DNA of 64,000 bases, from NCBI GenBank assembly GCA_963785305.1, contig CAWAUV010000005.1, positions 672,001 to 736,000 of the forward strand. The letters run 5' to 3'. A program made the position numbers and the translations under genes. The notes beneath the pieces are model-generated. The model was not told the DNA's origin. It was given only the letters and a program-made list of their open reading frames with translations, and made no database searches. This document shows positions 40,619 through 49,837 of this stretch, in pieces. Positions within the stretch are counted from its first letter, which is position 1, and each line of letters begins with the position of its first letter. This DNA comes from an uncultured Planctomycetaceae bacterium. GTDB taxonomy: Bacteria; Planctomycetota; Planctomycetia; Pirellulales; PALSA-1355.

Positions 40619-41611
40619 TTACTTTGACGGACTCGACTTGCCCGGCGCGTCGCCTTGCATTAGCCGCTGGATTTCGGCCGAGATCTCGGTCGCTTGCCGC
40701 TCGGCCTCTGCAATGGGCAAGCCTTTGGCCACGCCCGGCCGCTTGTGTCCGGCGGCGCCCACATAGGCATCGCGAAGCACCGCGATGCGGCGAGCCACCA
40801 GCGGCAAGATTGCTTTCGGCGCTCCTCGCTCGGCGAGCATGCTCGACGGATCGGCCGCCCCGGCGGCGGGACCATCGCCAAAATAGCCGATCAGCGCTTG
40901 AGCCATCAGCCAATGGCCGGCTTCGTCGGGATGCACCGCGTCTTTTTGAAACGTGAAATCAGGATCGCTCTTGCGATGGGCGGCCAGTTTTTCGTTCATC
41001 GCGTTGTGCAGGTCGATCACATTCCAGCCCAGCGCCCGCCGCTCGAGAAGCCAATCGCCGTAGCAGTCGAGGACCGCGTTGTAGGAGAAGTCGCCATGCT
41101 TGCGATGGTCGTCGTAGGTCGGCGGCGTCATGACGATGAACCGCGCTCCCGCGCCGCTCACTCGCTCGGCGAGCCGCTGCTGGCCCGCGCGATAGCGGGC
41201 AAAGCGCTCGGTGTCGAGCGGTTGATAAATGCCGCAGTTGATCCCGTAGCAGGCAATCACCAGATCGGGCTTCGTCGTGGCGAGCACGCGGTCGAGCCGC
41301 TCGAACAGGTCGGGCCGCGGAAAGGCGCCGTTGGCATGTCCCGCTTCGCTGAGGCCGGAAACGGTCTCGCTGGCCAAACCGGCGTCGATCACCATGGGCT
41401 CGCGAGCCAAGCGAAGCGAAACGAGCCAAGCGTCGAAGTCGACGATATAGTGCCCGGCTGCGGTAATGCTATCGCCGAGAAACACGACCCGCCGAGACTG
41501 CTCGAGCCAAGCCCGATGCGTCTCGCCCGATTCGTCGGCGTGCGCCGCCGATGGAATTATCAAGCAGATAGCGGCGACAAACCCGACCGTCAGCCGATGA
41601 AGCGATTGCAT
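40619..41611 (-). CDS. Secreted SGNH/GDSL hydrolase
   Basis: VFLGDSIT, CYGINCG and DAVHP motifs; signal peptide. Confidence 0.9.
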   Translation of the reverse strand: MQSLHRLTVGFVAAICLIIPSAAHADESGETHRAWLEQSRRVVFLGDSITAAGHYIVDFDAWLVSLRLAREPMVIDAGLASETVSGLSEAGHANGAFPRPDLFERLDRVLATTKPDLVIACYGINCGIYQPLDTERFARYRAGQQRLAERVSGAGARFIVMTPPTYDDHRKHGDFSYNAVLDCYGDWLLERRALGWNVIDLHNAMNEKLAAHRKSDPDFTFQKDAVHPDEAGHWLMAQALIGYFGDGPAAGAADPSSMLAERGAPKAILPLVARRIAVLRDAYVGAAGHKRPGVAKGLPIAEAERQATEISAEIQRLMQGDAPGKSSPSK

Positions 41612-41677
41612 TGCGAAAATTACCTTGGCGCCTATTCCATTCAGAAACGCAGTCGCTCGATCAAGCGCCTCGCGCCG

Positions 41678-42640
41678 CTATCTTACCGGAATCGGTTTCG
41701 CGTCGCTGGGAGCGATCACCGCGTCGCCACGATGCAGGCCCAGGGACACTTGCCCCTTGTCGTTGACGAAGATATCGTCGCGTCCGCCGGACTTGCTCGT
41801 GATCAGATGTTGCACATGGCCATCTTCGAAAAGCACATTCTGGCCGGGCGCCCCGTGGTTGAGGCTCGCGTGGCGAGCCGGGCGAGCGAGCGGCTTGTCG
41901 GCCATGATCGCGAAATTCGAACGCTGCATGTTGCGAGTCGGCTTCGAGCCATCGGGCGATACATGACCCAGACTATAGCCATAGCTGCCGCCCATTCGAC
42001 GTTGCATGTCCGCTAGCGCCTGGCCGCGAGCGGCGTTGAGCTTGGCGAGAGAAGGAATATCGATCGTTCCGGCGCCGCTTTCGGCAAGCGCCGAGGCGGG
42101 GCAGATCAGGCGGCGGGGATCGTCGAGCAAGCCGGCGTCGCGCAACTTGGGAGCATAGACGCCCGCCACCGCTTCGTTGCCCGCGGTCGGCACTTCGGGA
42201 AATGTGTCATGGTGCAAAGAACTGTATTGCGTGAGATCGAGGCCCAACTCGCGCAGGTTGTCACCGCAGGCCGTCAACCGGGCCATCGTGCGGCTTTGAT
42301 TGATCGCCGGCAACAAGATCGCGCAGGCCGCGATGCCCACGCCCACCATGACCAACATATCGGCCAGCGACCAGCGCCGGGCCGGGGCCGGCTTGTCATG
42401 AAACGGATGGCTTGTCGGCGCCACGCTTATTCGGTCGTGGTTCCAGACGAATTCGCAGGCGCGGCGGGCAAGCTCCGGCGGCGGCTCCAGGTCGACCGCC
42501 GATTCGAGAGGCGCGAGGGCGCGGCGCATGGTCGCCAAATCACGCTGGAGGAAGGTGTCGACAGCCAACTGGCGCTCCAGCTGCGCCCGCTGGTCGGGCT
42601 CAATCGCGTTGCATAGGTAACCGATGAGTTCGTCTCGCAT
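41678..42640 (-). CDS. Putative anti-sigma factor fused to a prepilin-like TM segment and an H-X9-DG (DUF1559-type) domain
   Basis: N-terminal MRDELIGYLCNAIEPDQR..LE; RRWSLADMLVMVGV...LPAINQSR..ARLTACGDNLR; NHGAPGQNVLFEDGHV. Confidence 0.75.
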   Translation of the reverse strand: MRDELIGYLCNAIEPDQRAQLERQLAVDTFLQRDLATMRRALAPLESAVDLEPPPELARRACEFVWNHDRISVAPTSHPFHDKPAPARRWSLADMLVMVGVGIAACAILLPAINQSRTMARLTACGDNLRELGLDLTQYSSLHHDTFPEVPTAGNEAVAGVYAPKLRDAGLLDDPRRLICPASALAESGAGTIDIPSLAKLNAARGQALADMQRRMGGSYGYSLGHVSPDGSKPTRNMQRSNFAIMADKPLARPARHASLNHGAPGQNVLFEDGHVQHLITSKSGGRDDIFVNDKGQVSLGLHRGDAVIAPSDAKPIPVR

Positions 42641-42720
42641 GGCATCACCCGCTTATGAATACAGCCAAAAAAATCTGCTCGGAGGTCTCGCATGCAACAT
42701 GGGCCTGGAGGACGCGCGAT

Positions 42721-43368
42721 TCAACTTTTCTCTTCGTCGGCCATCCAGGCTTCGTTCAATTTCAAAATTGCCGAGTGCATTCGGCTTTTGACGGTTCCCA
42801 CCGGCACTTCGAGCATGTCGGCGGCCTCACGATATTTCAAACCTCGGTAGTAAATTAAATCGACTGTTTGACGAAGTAACTCGGGCAGCGATTCGAGCGC
42901 GTGCTCGACCCACTCTCGCCGCTGATCGGTGTCGAGCCGGGCATCGGGCCGCGGCTCGCGGCTCGACAGCAGTTCGACCAACGCCCCCACATCCTCGTGG
43001 GAGTCGCTTTTCGCGGTCCGATCCAAACTCATCCGCCGATGGCGCTTGTTGCGGCGCTGGATATCGATGGCTTGATGCGTGGCCACCGTATAGAGCCAAG
43101 GGCGAAACCTTCGGCCAGACTCGAACTGGTTGCATTTGAGATGCACCTGCAAAAAGGTGGCTTGAAAAGCATCTTCGGCCAACGTCGCGTCGTTCAAATA
43201 GCGCTTCAGGTAGTTGTATAGCTCCTTCTCATAACGATGCACCAACTGGGCAAAAGCATCGCGATCGCCGTGGTCGCGGTAGCGAGCGAGGAGGCTCTCG
43301 TCGGAACTCCCCGACTCGTCGGGAGCGCCCGCTTGCGAATCCTTGAGATCGTCGGTGGCTTTACCCAT
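42721..43368 (-). CDS. ECF RNA polymerase sigma factor
   Basis: SDESLL, AEDAFQATF, FRPWLYTVA and GLKYREAADMLEVPVGTVKSRMH motifs. Confidence 0.93.
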   Translation of the reverse strand: MGKATDDLKDSQAGAPDESGSSDESLLARYRDHGDRDAFAQLVHRYEKELYNYLKRYLNDATLAEDAFQATFLQVHLKCNQFESGRRFRPWLYTVATHQAIDIQRRNKRHRRMSLDRTAKSDSHEDVGALVELLSSREPRPDARLDTDQRREWVEHALESLPELLRQTVDLIYYRGLKYREAADMLEVPVGTVKSRMHSAILKLNEAWMADEEKS

Positions 43369-43607
43369 GCTTTTTTACGGTTCGGCGCCGCAAGAGGTTC
43401 GCCGACAAAATCCAAAGATATTGGAGCAAAAACGCGATACAAGCGGTCTAGACTGGCGGAAACACCTGGCGCAACAGGCAAGTCGAGACGCTTCACGGCC
43501 AACGGCTTCGCCATTGTAACAAGGGCGTCCGCCGAAACCGAGGGCGCGCCGGGGCGCGAAAATTGACAATATCGTCCCACCGCCGTTAGACTTTCGTCGC
43601 CGGCGCC

Positions 43608-45401
43608 TTGACCGGCCAACCCCGCTCCCGAACGGCCGATCGCGTTTTGAAAACCAGTCCCGGCAAAAGTTCATCAGTCCCCTCGGCCCAGGCGCTCGCG
43701 CCGCCGGAATCGCTCGCGCCGCTATCATTTGGCCGCCTTTTTTTGGGCCCCGGCGAGCTCAACGCCTTTTTCGGCCTCATGCTCGACAATGTGGCCGACA
43801 TGGTGCTCCTGGTCAGCCTTCTTACCGGCATCTTTGGTTTTCCGGTCGAATTCGTGCTCAGCCACATGATTCCCGGCACGGCGCTCGGAGTGCTCGTGGG
43901 CGATTTGGCCTATACGGCCATGGCCACGCGCCTGTCGCGCCGCCTGGGCCGGCCGGCGACCGCCATGCCGCTGGGGCTCGACACGCCCAGCACTTTTGGC
44001 ATGGTGTCGTTCGTGCTTGGCCCAGCATACAAGGCGGCGCTTGCCGGGGGGGCTACCGTCGAAGTCGCGGCCACCAGCGCCTGGCGCATCGGCATCTGCG
44101 CCATCGTGCTCAGCGGGGTGTTCAAGCTGGCCTGCTCGCTCGCGGCCGGTTCGGTTCGCCGGCTTGTTCCCCGCGCCGGGCTTTTGGGTTCGCTCGCCGC
44201 GATCGCGCTGGTTTTAATCAGCTTTCTGCCGCTACTCGAAGTGTTCGAGTCGCCGCTCGTGGGAATTACGCCGCTGGTCATTATTCTCGGCTCGCTCGTG
44301 GCGGGGCTGGCGTTTCCAGGCCGCATGCCCGGCTCGCTCGTGGCGGTGGTGGTGGGCAGCGGGCTGTATTACGCGGTGCATGGTCTCGCGCCCGCCGCGG
44401 GGCTTGGGCCGGCGGCCGAGCTTGGCCCCGGCCCCACGGCTTGGTGGCCCACCGCGTGGCTCGATGCTTGGCGTTTTGAGTGGCTCGGATCGCTGGGAGC
44501 CACGCTGCCCTACTTGCCGGTGGTGATTCCCTTTGCCTTGGCCACGGTGGTCGGTGGAATCGACTGCACCGAGAGCGCGGCGGCCGTGGGCGATGAATAC
44601 GACACGCGATCGGTGATCGCCATTGAGGGACTAGCGGCGATCGTCGCTGGTTGTTCGGGCGGGGTGATCCAGTCGACGCCCTATATCGGACATCCCGCCT
44701 ACAAGGCCATGGGCGGCCGCGCCGGCTACACGCTGGCCACCGCGATCTTGGTCGGCGCGGCCGGCGTCATCGGTTTCTTTTCACTGCTCAACGATTGGCT
44801 GCCCAAGGCGGCGGTGTTTCCGATTCTGGTCTTCATCGGCCTCGAGATCACGAAGCAAAGCTACCTGGCGATGCCGCGGCGACACTATGCCGCCGTGGCC
44901 CTGGCGTGCGTGCCGGCGATGGCGTATCTGGTGATGATGTTCGTCGACAATCTGCTCGGACAAACCGGCCTCTCGCTCGAAAGCTTGCCGCCCACGCTAG
45001 GGCACACTCTGCAAACTCTGCGAATGCTGGCCAATGGCTTCGTGGTGACGAGCCTGCTATGGGGATCGATGTTGGCGGCGCTGGTCGATCGGCGGTTCAA
45101 CGCCGCGGCGGTTTATCTGGCAATCGCCGGCGCTTGCAGTTTGTTCGGCGTCATTCATTCGCCATTTGCCGGCAGCCCGCTGGCGTGGCCCTGGGGACTG
45201 CCGGCCCAACTTCCCGTGGCCGAGCAAGGACCCTGGCGATTGCTGGCGGCCTACTTGTTGGCGGCGGGGTTTGTGGCGGCGTGGGGATTTTTCTCGCCCG
45301 CCCCGACGCCGGCGCGGCAGGAAACGGCGCCCCTCGGGAAGCATGATGCTTCCGATCATCGCTCCGTTCGCCCGAATGCGCCGGTTATGCCGATTGCGTG
45401 A
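43608..45401 (+). CDS. NCS2/AzgA-like permease (start uncertain)
   Basis: NAFFGLMLDN, TAMPLGLDTPS, ESAAAVGDEY and TPYIGHPAYKAMGGR motifs; many TM helices. Confidence 0.85.
   Translation: MTGQPRSRTADRVLKTSPGKSSSVPSAQALAPPESLAPLSFGRLFLGPGELNAFFGLMLDNVADMVLLVSLLTGIFGFPVEFVLSHMIPGTALGVLVGDLAYTAMATRLSRRLGRPATAMPLGLDTPSTFGMVSFVLGPAYKAALAGGATVEVAATSAWRIGICAIVLSGVFKLACSLAAGSVRRLVPRAGLLGSLAAIALVLISFLPLLEVFESPLVGITPLVIILGSLVAGLAFPGRMPGSLVAVVVGSGLYYAVHGLAPAAGLGPAAELGPGPTAWWPTAWLDAWRFEWLGSLGATLPYLPVVIPFALATVVGGIDCTESAAAVGDEYDTRSVIAIEGLAAIVAGCSGGVIQSTPYIGHPAYKAMGGRAGYTLATAILVGAAGVIGFFSLLNDWLPKAAVFPILVFIGLEITKQSYLAMPRRHYAAVALACVPAMAYLVMMFVDNLLGQTGLSLESLPPTLGHTLQTLRMLANGFVVTSLLWGSMLAALVDRRFNAAAVYLAIAGACSLFGVIHSPFAGSPLAWPWGLPAQLPVAEQGPWRLLAAYLLAAGFVAAWGFFSPAPTPARQETAPLGKHDASDHRSVRPNAPVMPIA
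43646..43672 (-). promoter_or_regulatory. Candidate ECF (sigmaE-type) promoter upstream of the ECF gene
   Basis: Minus strand GAACTT-N16-TCAAA. Confidence 0.45.
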
Positions 45402-45633
45402 ACGAGTGAAGCCGTGCGCGTGTTACGATGCGGTTACGGCTGATTGCCAATCGTGTCAAGCGGCTCGTATACTGAAATTCGTCGTCTCCGCGAGGGCGCC
45501 TCGCGGGGCTCTTCGCGCCGATCGGCCTTGCCGAGCCCTGCTTGGTTCGCCGCGGCTGCCCTTTCTCGCCGATCACAAGCGTTCGGCGCCCGTTTCATAT
45601 TTCGACCGCCGTCTTCTCGAGGAACATCCGGCC

Positions 45634-46614
45634 ATGATCATCACGCGGAGTCCGATGCGAATCTCGCTCGGCGGCGGCGGAACGGATTTGCCCTCGTATT
45701 ACCGGCGGCATAGCGGATTTCTCATCGCCGCCGCGATCGACAAATATGCCTATATCACGCTCCACCACACCTTCGATCCGCGGCTCATCATTCGCTATTC
45801 GAAGCTCGAAGACGTGAAAACGGTCGACGAAGTGCAGCATCCGATCGTCCGCGAATGCTTGCGAATGTTCGACATCCAGAATCCAAGCCTCGAAATCACG
45901 AGCCTCGCCGATATTCCGGCCGGCACCGGGCTCGGCTCCTCGGGCAGCTTCACCACGGCCCTGCTCAAAGCGCTGCATGTGGCCCGAAAGGATTCGGTGC
46001 GAGCCCACGAGCTGGCCGAGGAAGCATGTTGCATCGAGATCGAGCGGCTGCGCGAGCCGATCGGCAAGCAGGATCAATTCATCGCCGCCTACGGCGGGCT
46101 CATGTGCTTTCAATTCCTTCCCAACGAGCAGGTCGTGGCCACTCCGCTCACGGTCGACGCCGAGACTCTCTACAATCTCGAGGACAACCTGGTGCTGTTT
46201 TTCACCGGCTATAGCCGCTCGGCCTCGAATATCCTTCGCGAGCAAGACACGCGCAGCCGCGAAATGGACTCGAGGATGATCGACAACCTGCACTTCGTGA
46301 AAGACCTGGGCTACCAGAGCAAGGAAGCGCTCGAACGGGGCGATCTTTCGAAATTCGCCGAGTTGATGCGAATCCACTGGGACCACAAAAAACAGCGCAG
46401 CGGCAATATGTCGAACACCGATATCGACACCTGGCACGCGCTCGGCATGAAGAACGGCGCGCTGGGCGGCAAGCTGATCGGCGCCGGCGGCGGCGGATTC
46501 CTGATGTTCTACGCCGAGGATAAAACCAAATTGCGACATGCCATGATGGGCGCCGGACTGCGCGAAGTGCGCTTTCGCTTCGACTTCGAAGGAACCCGAG
46601 TGCTTGCTCATTGA
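45634..46614 (+). CDS. hddA: D-glycero-alpha-D-manno-heptose-7-phosphate kinase (GHMP family)
   Basis: RSPMRISLGGGGTD, DIPAGTGLGSS, IGKQDQ and GGKLIGAGGGGF motifs. Confidence 0.88.
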   Translation: MIITRSPMRISLGGGGTDLPSYYRRHSGFLIAAAIDKYAYITLHHTFDPRLIIRYSKLEDVKTVDEVQHPIVRECLRMFDIQNPSLEITSLADIPAGTGLGSSGSFTTALLKALHVARKDSVRAHELAEEACCIEIERLREPIGKQDQFIAAYGGLMCFQFLPNEQVVATPLTVDAETLYNLEDNLVLFFTGYSRSASNILREQDTRSREMDSRMIDNLHFVKDLGYQSKEALERGDLSKFAELMRIHWDHKKQRSGNMSNTDIDTWHALGMKNGALGGKLIGAGGGGFLMFYAEDKTKLRHAMMGAGLREVRFRFDFEGTRVLAH

Positions 46615-46718
46615 AAGAGCGGCGGCGCCGATTTGCCTTGCCGACCCTCGGAACCAGCCACGCCGGGGCCGGACCGTTCCGTGCGGTTTTCCCGTCCCGT
46701 GCTCGAAGGATCGATCAA

Positions 46719-47443
46719 ATGACCGACATCGCGGATGTGCCGGTGGCAATTCTGGCGGGCGGACTGGGCACGCGATTGGCGCGGTCACCACCACGCTGCC
46801 CAAGGCCATGGTCGATGTAAACGGCAAGCCGTTTATCGACCATCAGCTCGAGCTCTTGCGGCGCGAGGGAGTGCGCAAAGTAGTGCTCTGCGTCGGCCAC
46901 TTGAGCCATGTCGTGCGCGAGCATCTGGGCGATGGCTCGGCCTGGGACCTCGAGCTCGTCTATTCGTTCGACGGCGACAAACTGCTCGGGCCCGGCGGAG
47001 CGCTGCGCCGCGCGGCCCCGCTCCTGGGCGAGCTGTTTTTCGTGATGTACGGCGATTCGTATCTCAATATCGACCTACGGGCCATGCTCGCCTATTTCGA
47101 GCGCCGACGAGCGCTTGGCCTGATGACGGTCATTCGCAACGAAAACCGCTGGGACAAGAGCAATGTGATTTTCGAGCGCGGCTCGCTCGTTCGCTATGAT
47201 AAGCGCCGGCCCGCGCCGAGATGCGATATATCGACTATGGCGCCGCCCTATTGCGGCGCGAGGCGCTCGAGCGCATCGAGCCCGACACCGCCCATGATCT
47301 GGCCGATCTGTACACGGGCCTGGTCGAAGAACGTCAAATGCTGGGGTACGAAGTCTTCACCCGGTTTTACGAAATCGGCTCACCCCAGGGACTCGAGGAA
47401 ACACGCGACTACTTACACTCTTTATCGTTGGAGAATCCCGTGA
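46719..47443 (+). CDS. hddC: Sugar-phosphate nucleotidyltransferase, HddC-like (frameshifts near 46785 and 47218)
   Basis: ILAGGLGTRL, PKAMVDVNGKPF, MYGDSY, YIDYG and FYEIGSPQGL motifs. Confidence 0.75.
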
Positions 47444-48036
47444 CCTATACATCGCAATACATCGGCGAGGCGACGCGCATTCTTGCCGAGCTCGATCAAT
47501 CGCAAATCGAACGCATGGCCGAACTGCTCGTCGACCTGCGCGCCCAGGGCGGACGCATCTTCTTTCTCGGCGTCGGCGGCAGCGCGGCCAATGCCTCGCA
47601 CGCCGTGAACGACTTCCGCAAGATTGCCCAGATCGAATCCTATGCGCCGACCGACAATGTGTCCGAACTCACGGCCCGCGTGAACGACGATGGCTGGGAC
47701 ACCAGTTTCGCCAACTATCTGCGCGGCAGTCGGCTTTCGGATCGCGACATGGTGTTTATCTTCTCGGTGGGCGGCGGCAATTTGGAAAAAAACGTGAGCG
47801 CCGATATCGTGCGCGCCTTGCAACTGGCCCGCGAAGTGGGCGCTCGCATTTGCGGCATCGTGGGCCGCGACGGCGGTTACACGGCCCAGGTGGCCGACGC
47901 GGTGGTGATCGTTCCGACCGTGAATCCCGAGTCGATCACTCCCCATGCCGAGGCGTTTCAGGCCGTGGTATGGCACCTGCTCGTGTCGCACCCGTCGCTG
48001 AGAGCGGCGCCGATGAAGTGGGAATCGACGAAGTGA
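47440..48036 (+). CDS. gmhA: Phosphoheptose isomerase (SIS domain)
   Basis: GGAG RBS then GTG 47440; LGVGGSAANASHAVND, LTARVNDDG and GIVGRDGG motifs. Confidence 0.8.
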   Translation: MTYTSQYIGEATRILAELDQSQIERMAELLVDLRAQGGRIFFLGVGGSAANASHAVNDFRKIAQIESYAPTDNVSELTARVNDDGWDTSFANYLRGSRLSDRDMVFIFSVGGGNLEKNVSADIVRALQLAREVGARICGIVGRDGGYTAQVADAVVIVPTVNPESITPHAEAFQAVVWHLLVSHPSLRAAPMKWESTK

Positions 48037-48184
48037 CGGTGTTTTCGATGGCAGTTACCCGCTTGGCGCTCGGGCGCCGGCGCGGGATAATCGGGCGAAC
48101 GATTTTGGCGGCGATCGCGCCCGGCGCGCTCGTCCGCTCCGCCGCCGTGAACCGCCGCCACCGTCTCACCCATTTTGAAGAACC

Positions 48185-48852
48185 ATGCCTCGTTCCGTCG
48201 TTCGCGTGCTTGCATTGACGGGCTGCGTCATCTTGCTCTATTTCGCCTTTACGATTCGGCGCGGCCGGCTCGAATCGGTGGAAACCGAGCAGGCCGAACA
48301 CACGACGCCGTCGCCCAAGCATGTCACCCCGTTTACGCTCATCGATCAAGACGGAAAGCCATTTGACACCGCCTCGCTCGCGGGCCGGGTATGGGTGGGA
48401 AGTTTCTTTTTCACCGCCTGCCCGTCGGTGTGCATTCGGCTCAATCAAACGATCGCCGCCATGATCGCCGCCGATCCGAAGTCGGATGTTCACTTCGTGA
48501 GCATCACGTGCGACCCCGACAACGACACGCCCGAAATGCTCGCCCGCTACGCCATGCATTTCAAAGCCGACCCGCTGCGGTGGACCTTTTTGACCGGCGA
48601 TCTCGAAAAAATCAAACGCATCGGCTTCGAGGACTTTCAGGTCAGCGTGCAAAAGGGCGAACATTCCGACCGCACATTCGCCGTCGACCGCTCGGGCCAC
48701 ATCCGCGGCTATTATCGCATCACGGAGCCCGGGCAGCGCGAACGGCTCGTGAAGCTGCTGGCGAAACTCGAATCCGAGCCGGCGCCGGCCCCGGATTCCC
48801 AGTCCGCCGGCACACCGGCCAGCGCCCGCCAACCGAGGCAAAGCGCCCATGA
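48185..48852 (+). CDS. SCO1/SenC copper chaperone (3' end uncertain; ORF runs to 48997 as sequenced)
   Basis: FFFTACPSVC, SITCDPDNDTP, WTFLTG and conserved His in GEHSD. Confidence 0.88.
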
Positions 48853-49319
48853 CCGGAGATTTCTTCATGGCCCCGGTCTCGCTTCTGGGCGCGATCCATC
48901 CGCTGGCCACGCTCAACGCCGCGCTCAACGCCACGGCCACGCTCCTGCTCGTGGCCGGCTATGTGCTCATCAAGCGGCGCCGCGAAGTGGCCCATAAGTG
49001 GGTCATGCTCGCCGCGTTTGCCGTGTCGATCGTGTTTTTGGTGTGCTATCTCGTGTACCATTATCTGGTCGGCAGCGTGAAGTTCGTCGGCGAGGGTCCG
49101 GTTCGCGGCGTGTATTACACGATCTTGGTGACGCATGTGCTGTTGGCGGCCACGGTTCCGTTTTTGGCCGGGCGCACTATTTATCTCGGCCTCAAAGACC
49201 GTCGCGCCGAGCACAAGCGATGGGCCTGGTGGACATTTCCGATTTGGCTCTACGTTTCCATAACCGGAGTCGTGATCTACGCGATGCTCTACCATCTCTA
49301 TCCCGCGACCGGCGGGTGA
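48849..49319 (+). CDS. DUF420 membrane protein
   Basis: LNAALN, AHKWVM, FLVCYLVYH, ILVTHVLLA and WLYVSITGV motifs. Confidence 0.88.
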   Translation: MTGDFFMAPVSLLGAIHPLATLNAALNATATLLLVAGYVLIKRRREVAHKWVMLAAFAVSIVFLVCYLVYHYLVGSVKFVGEGPVRGVYYTILVTHVLLAATVPFLAGRTIYLGLKDRRAEHKRWAWWTFPIWLYVSITGVVIYAMLYHLYPATGG

Positions 49320-49361
49320 TTTGTGGAAGCGAGTTCTCGCGAGTCCCGAAACGAGGAACCC

Positions 49362-49688
49362 ATGAATAGCGATCGCCTGCTCAATACGACTATCTCGGCT
49401 CGCTCTCTGGCCACGGCGATGGCCCTGGTGGCGACCTCGCTCTGGAACACGTCGGCCTGGGCATGCCCGACCTGCAAAGAGGCCCTGGCGGGCAACGGCG
49501 GTGGCGGCGATCTGGCGGCGGCGTTCAGCTATAGCATCTTGTTCATGATGGCGATGCCCTTCCTGCTGACCGGCGCGGTGTCGCTGGGCATGCGCCGCGC
49601 CGTGCTCCAGGCCCGAGCCACGGGTTGGGGACAATCGCTCGACGAAGCCCCGAGCGACGACGTGTCGGCCCGGGAGCCGACCGCATAA
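49362..49688 (+). CDS. Small exported/membrane protein with a CxxC motif
   Basis: GAGGA RBS; AWACPTCKEAL...FSYSILFMMAMPF. Confidence 0.7.
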   Translation: MNSDRLLNTTISARSLATAMALVATSLWNTSAWACPTCKEALAGNGGGGDLAAAFSYSILFMMAMPFLLTGAVSLGMRRAVLQARATGWGQSLDEAPSDDVSAREPTA

Positions 49689-49837
49689 TCCCGTCAAAAA
49701 CGCTTCTGCTACTTTCCCCCGAGTTCATTCGCCCTTATAATGCCGATCGCTGGGACGACGGATCGAAGTCGAGCGAGCGGCAGTGGTTGCGCGGCGCGGG
49801 ACCAAGCTGCGTTTCGCGACTCCGCGAGGGCCATTGA

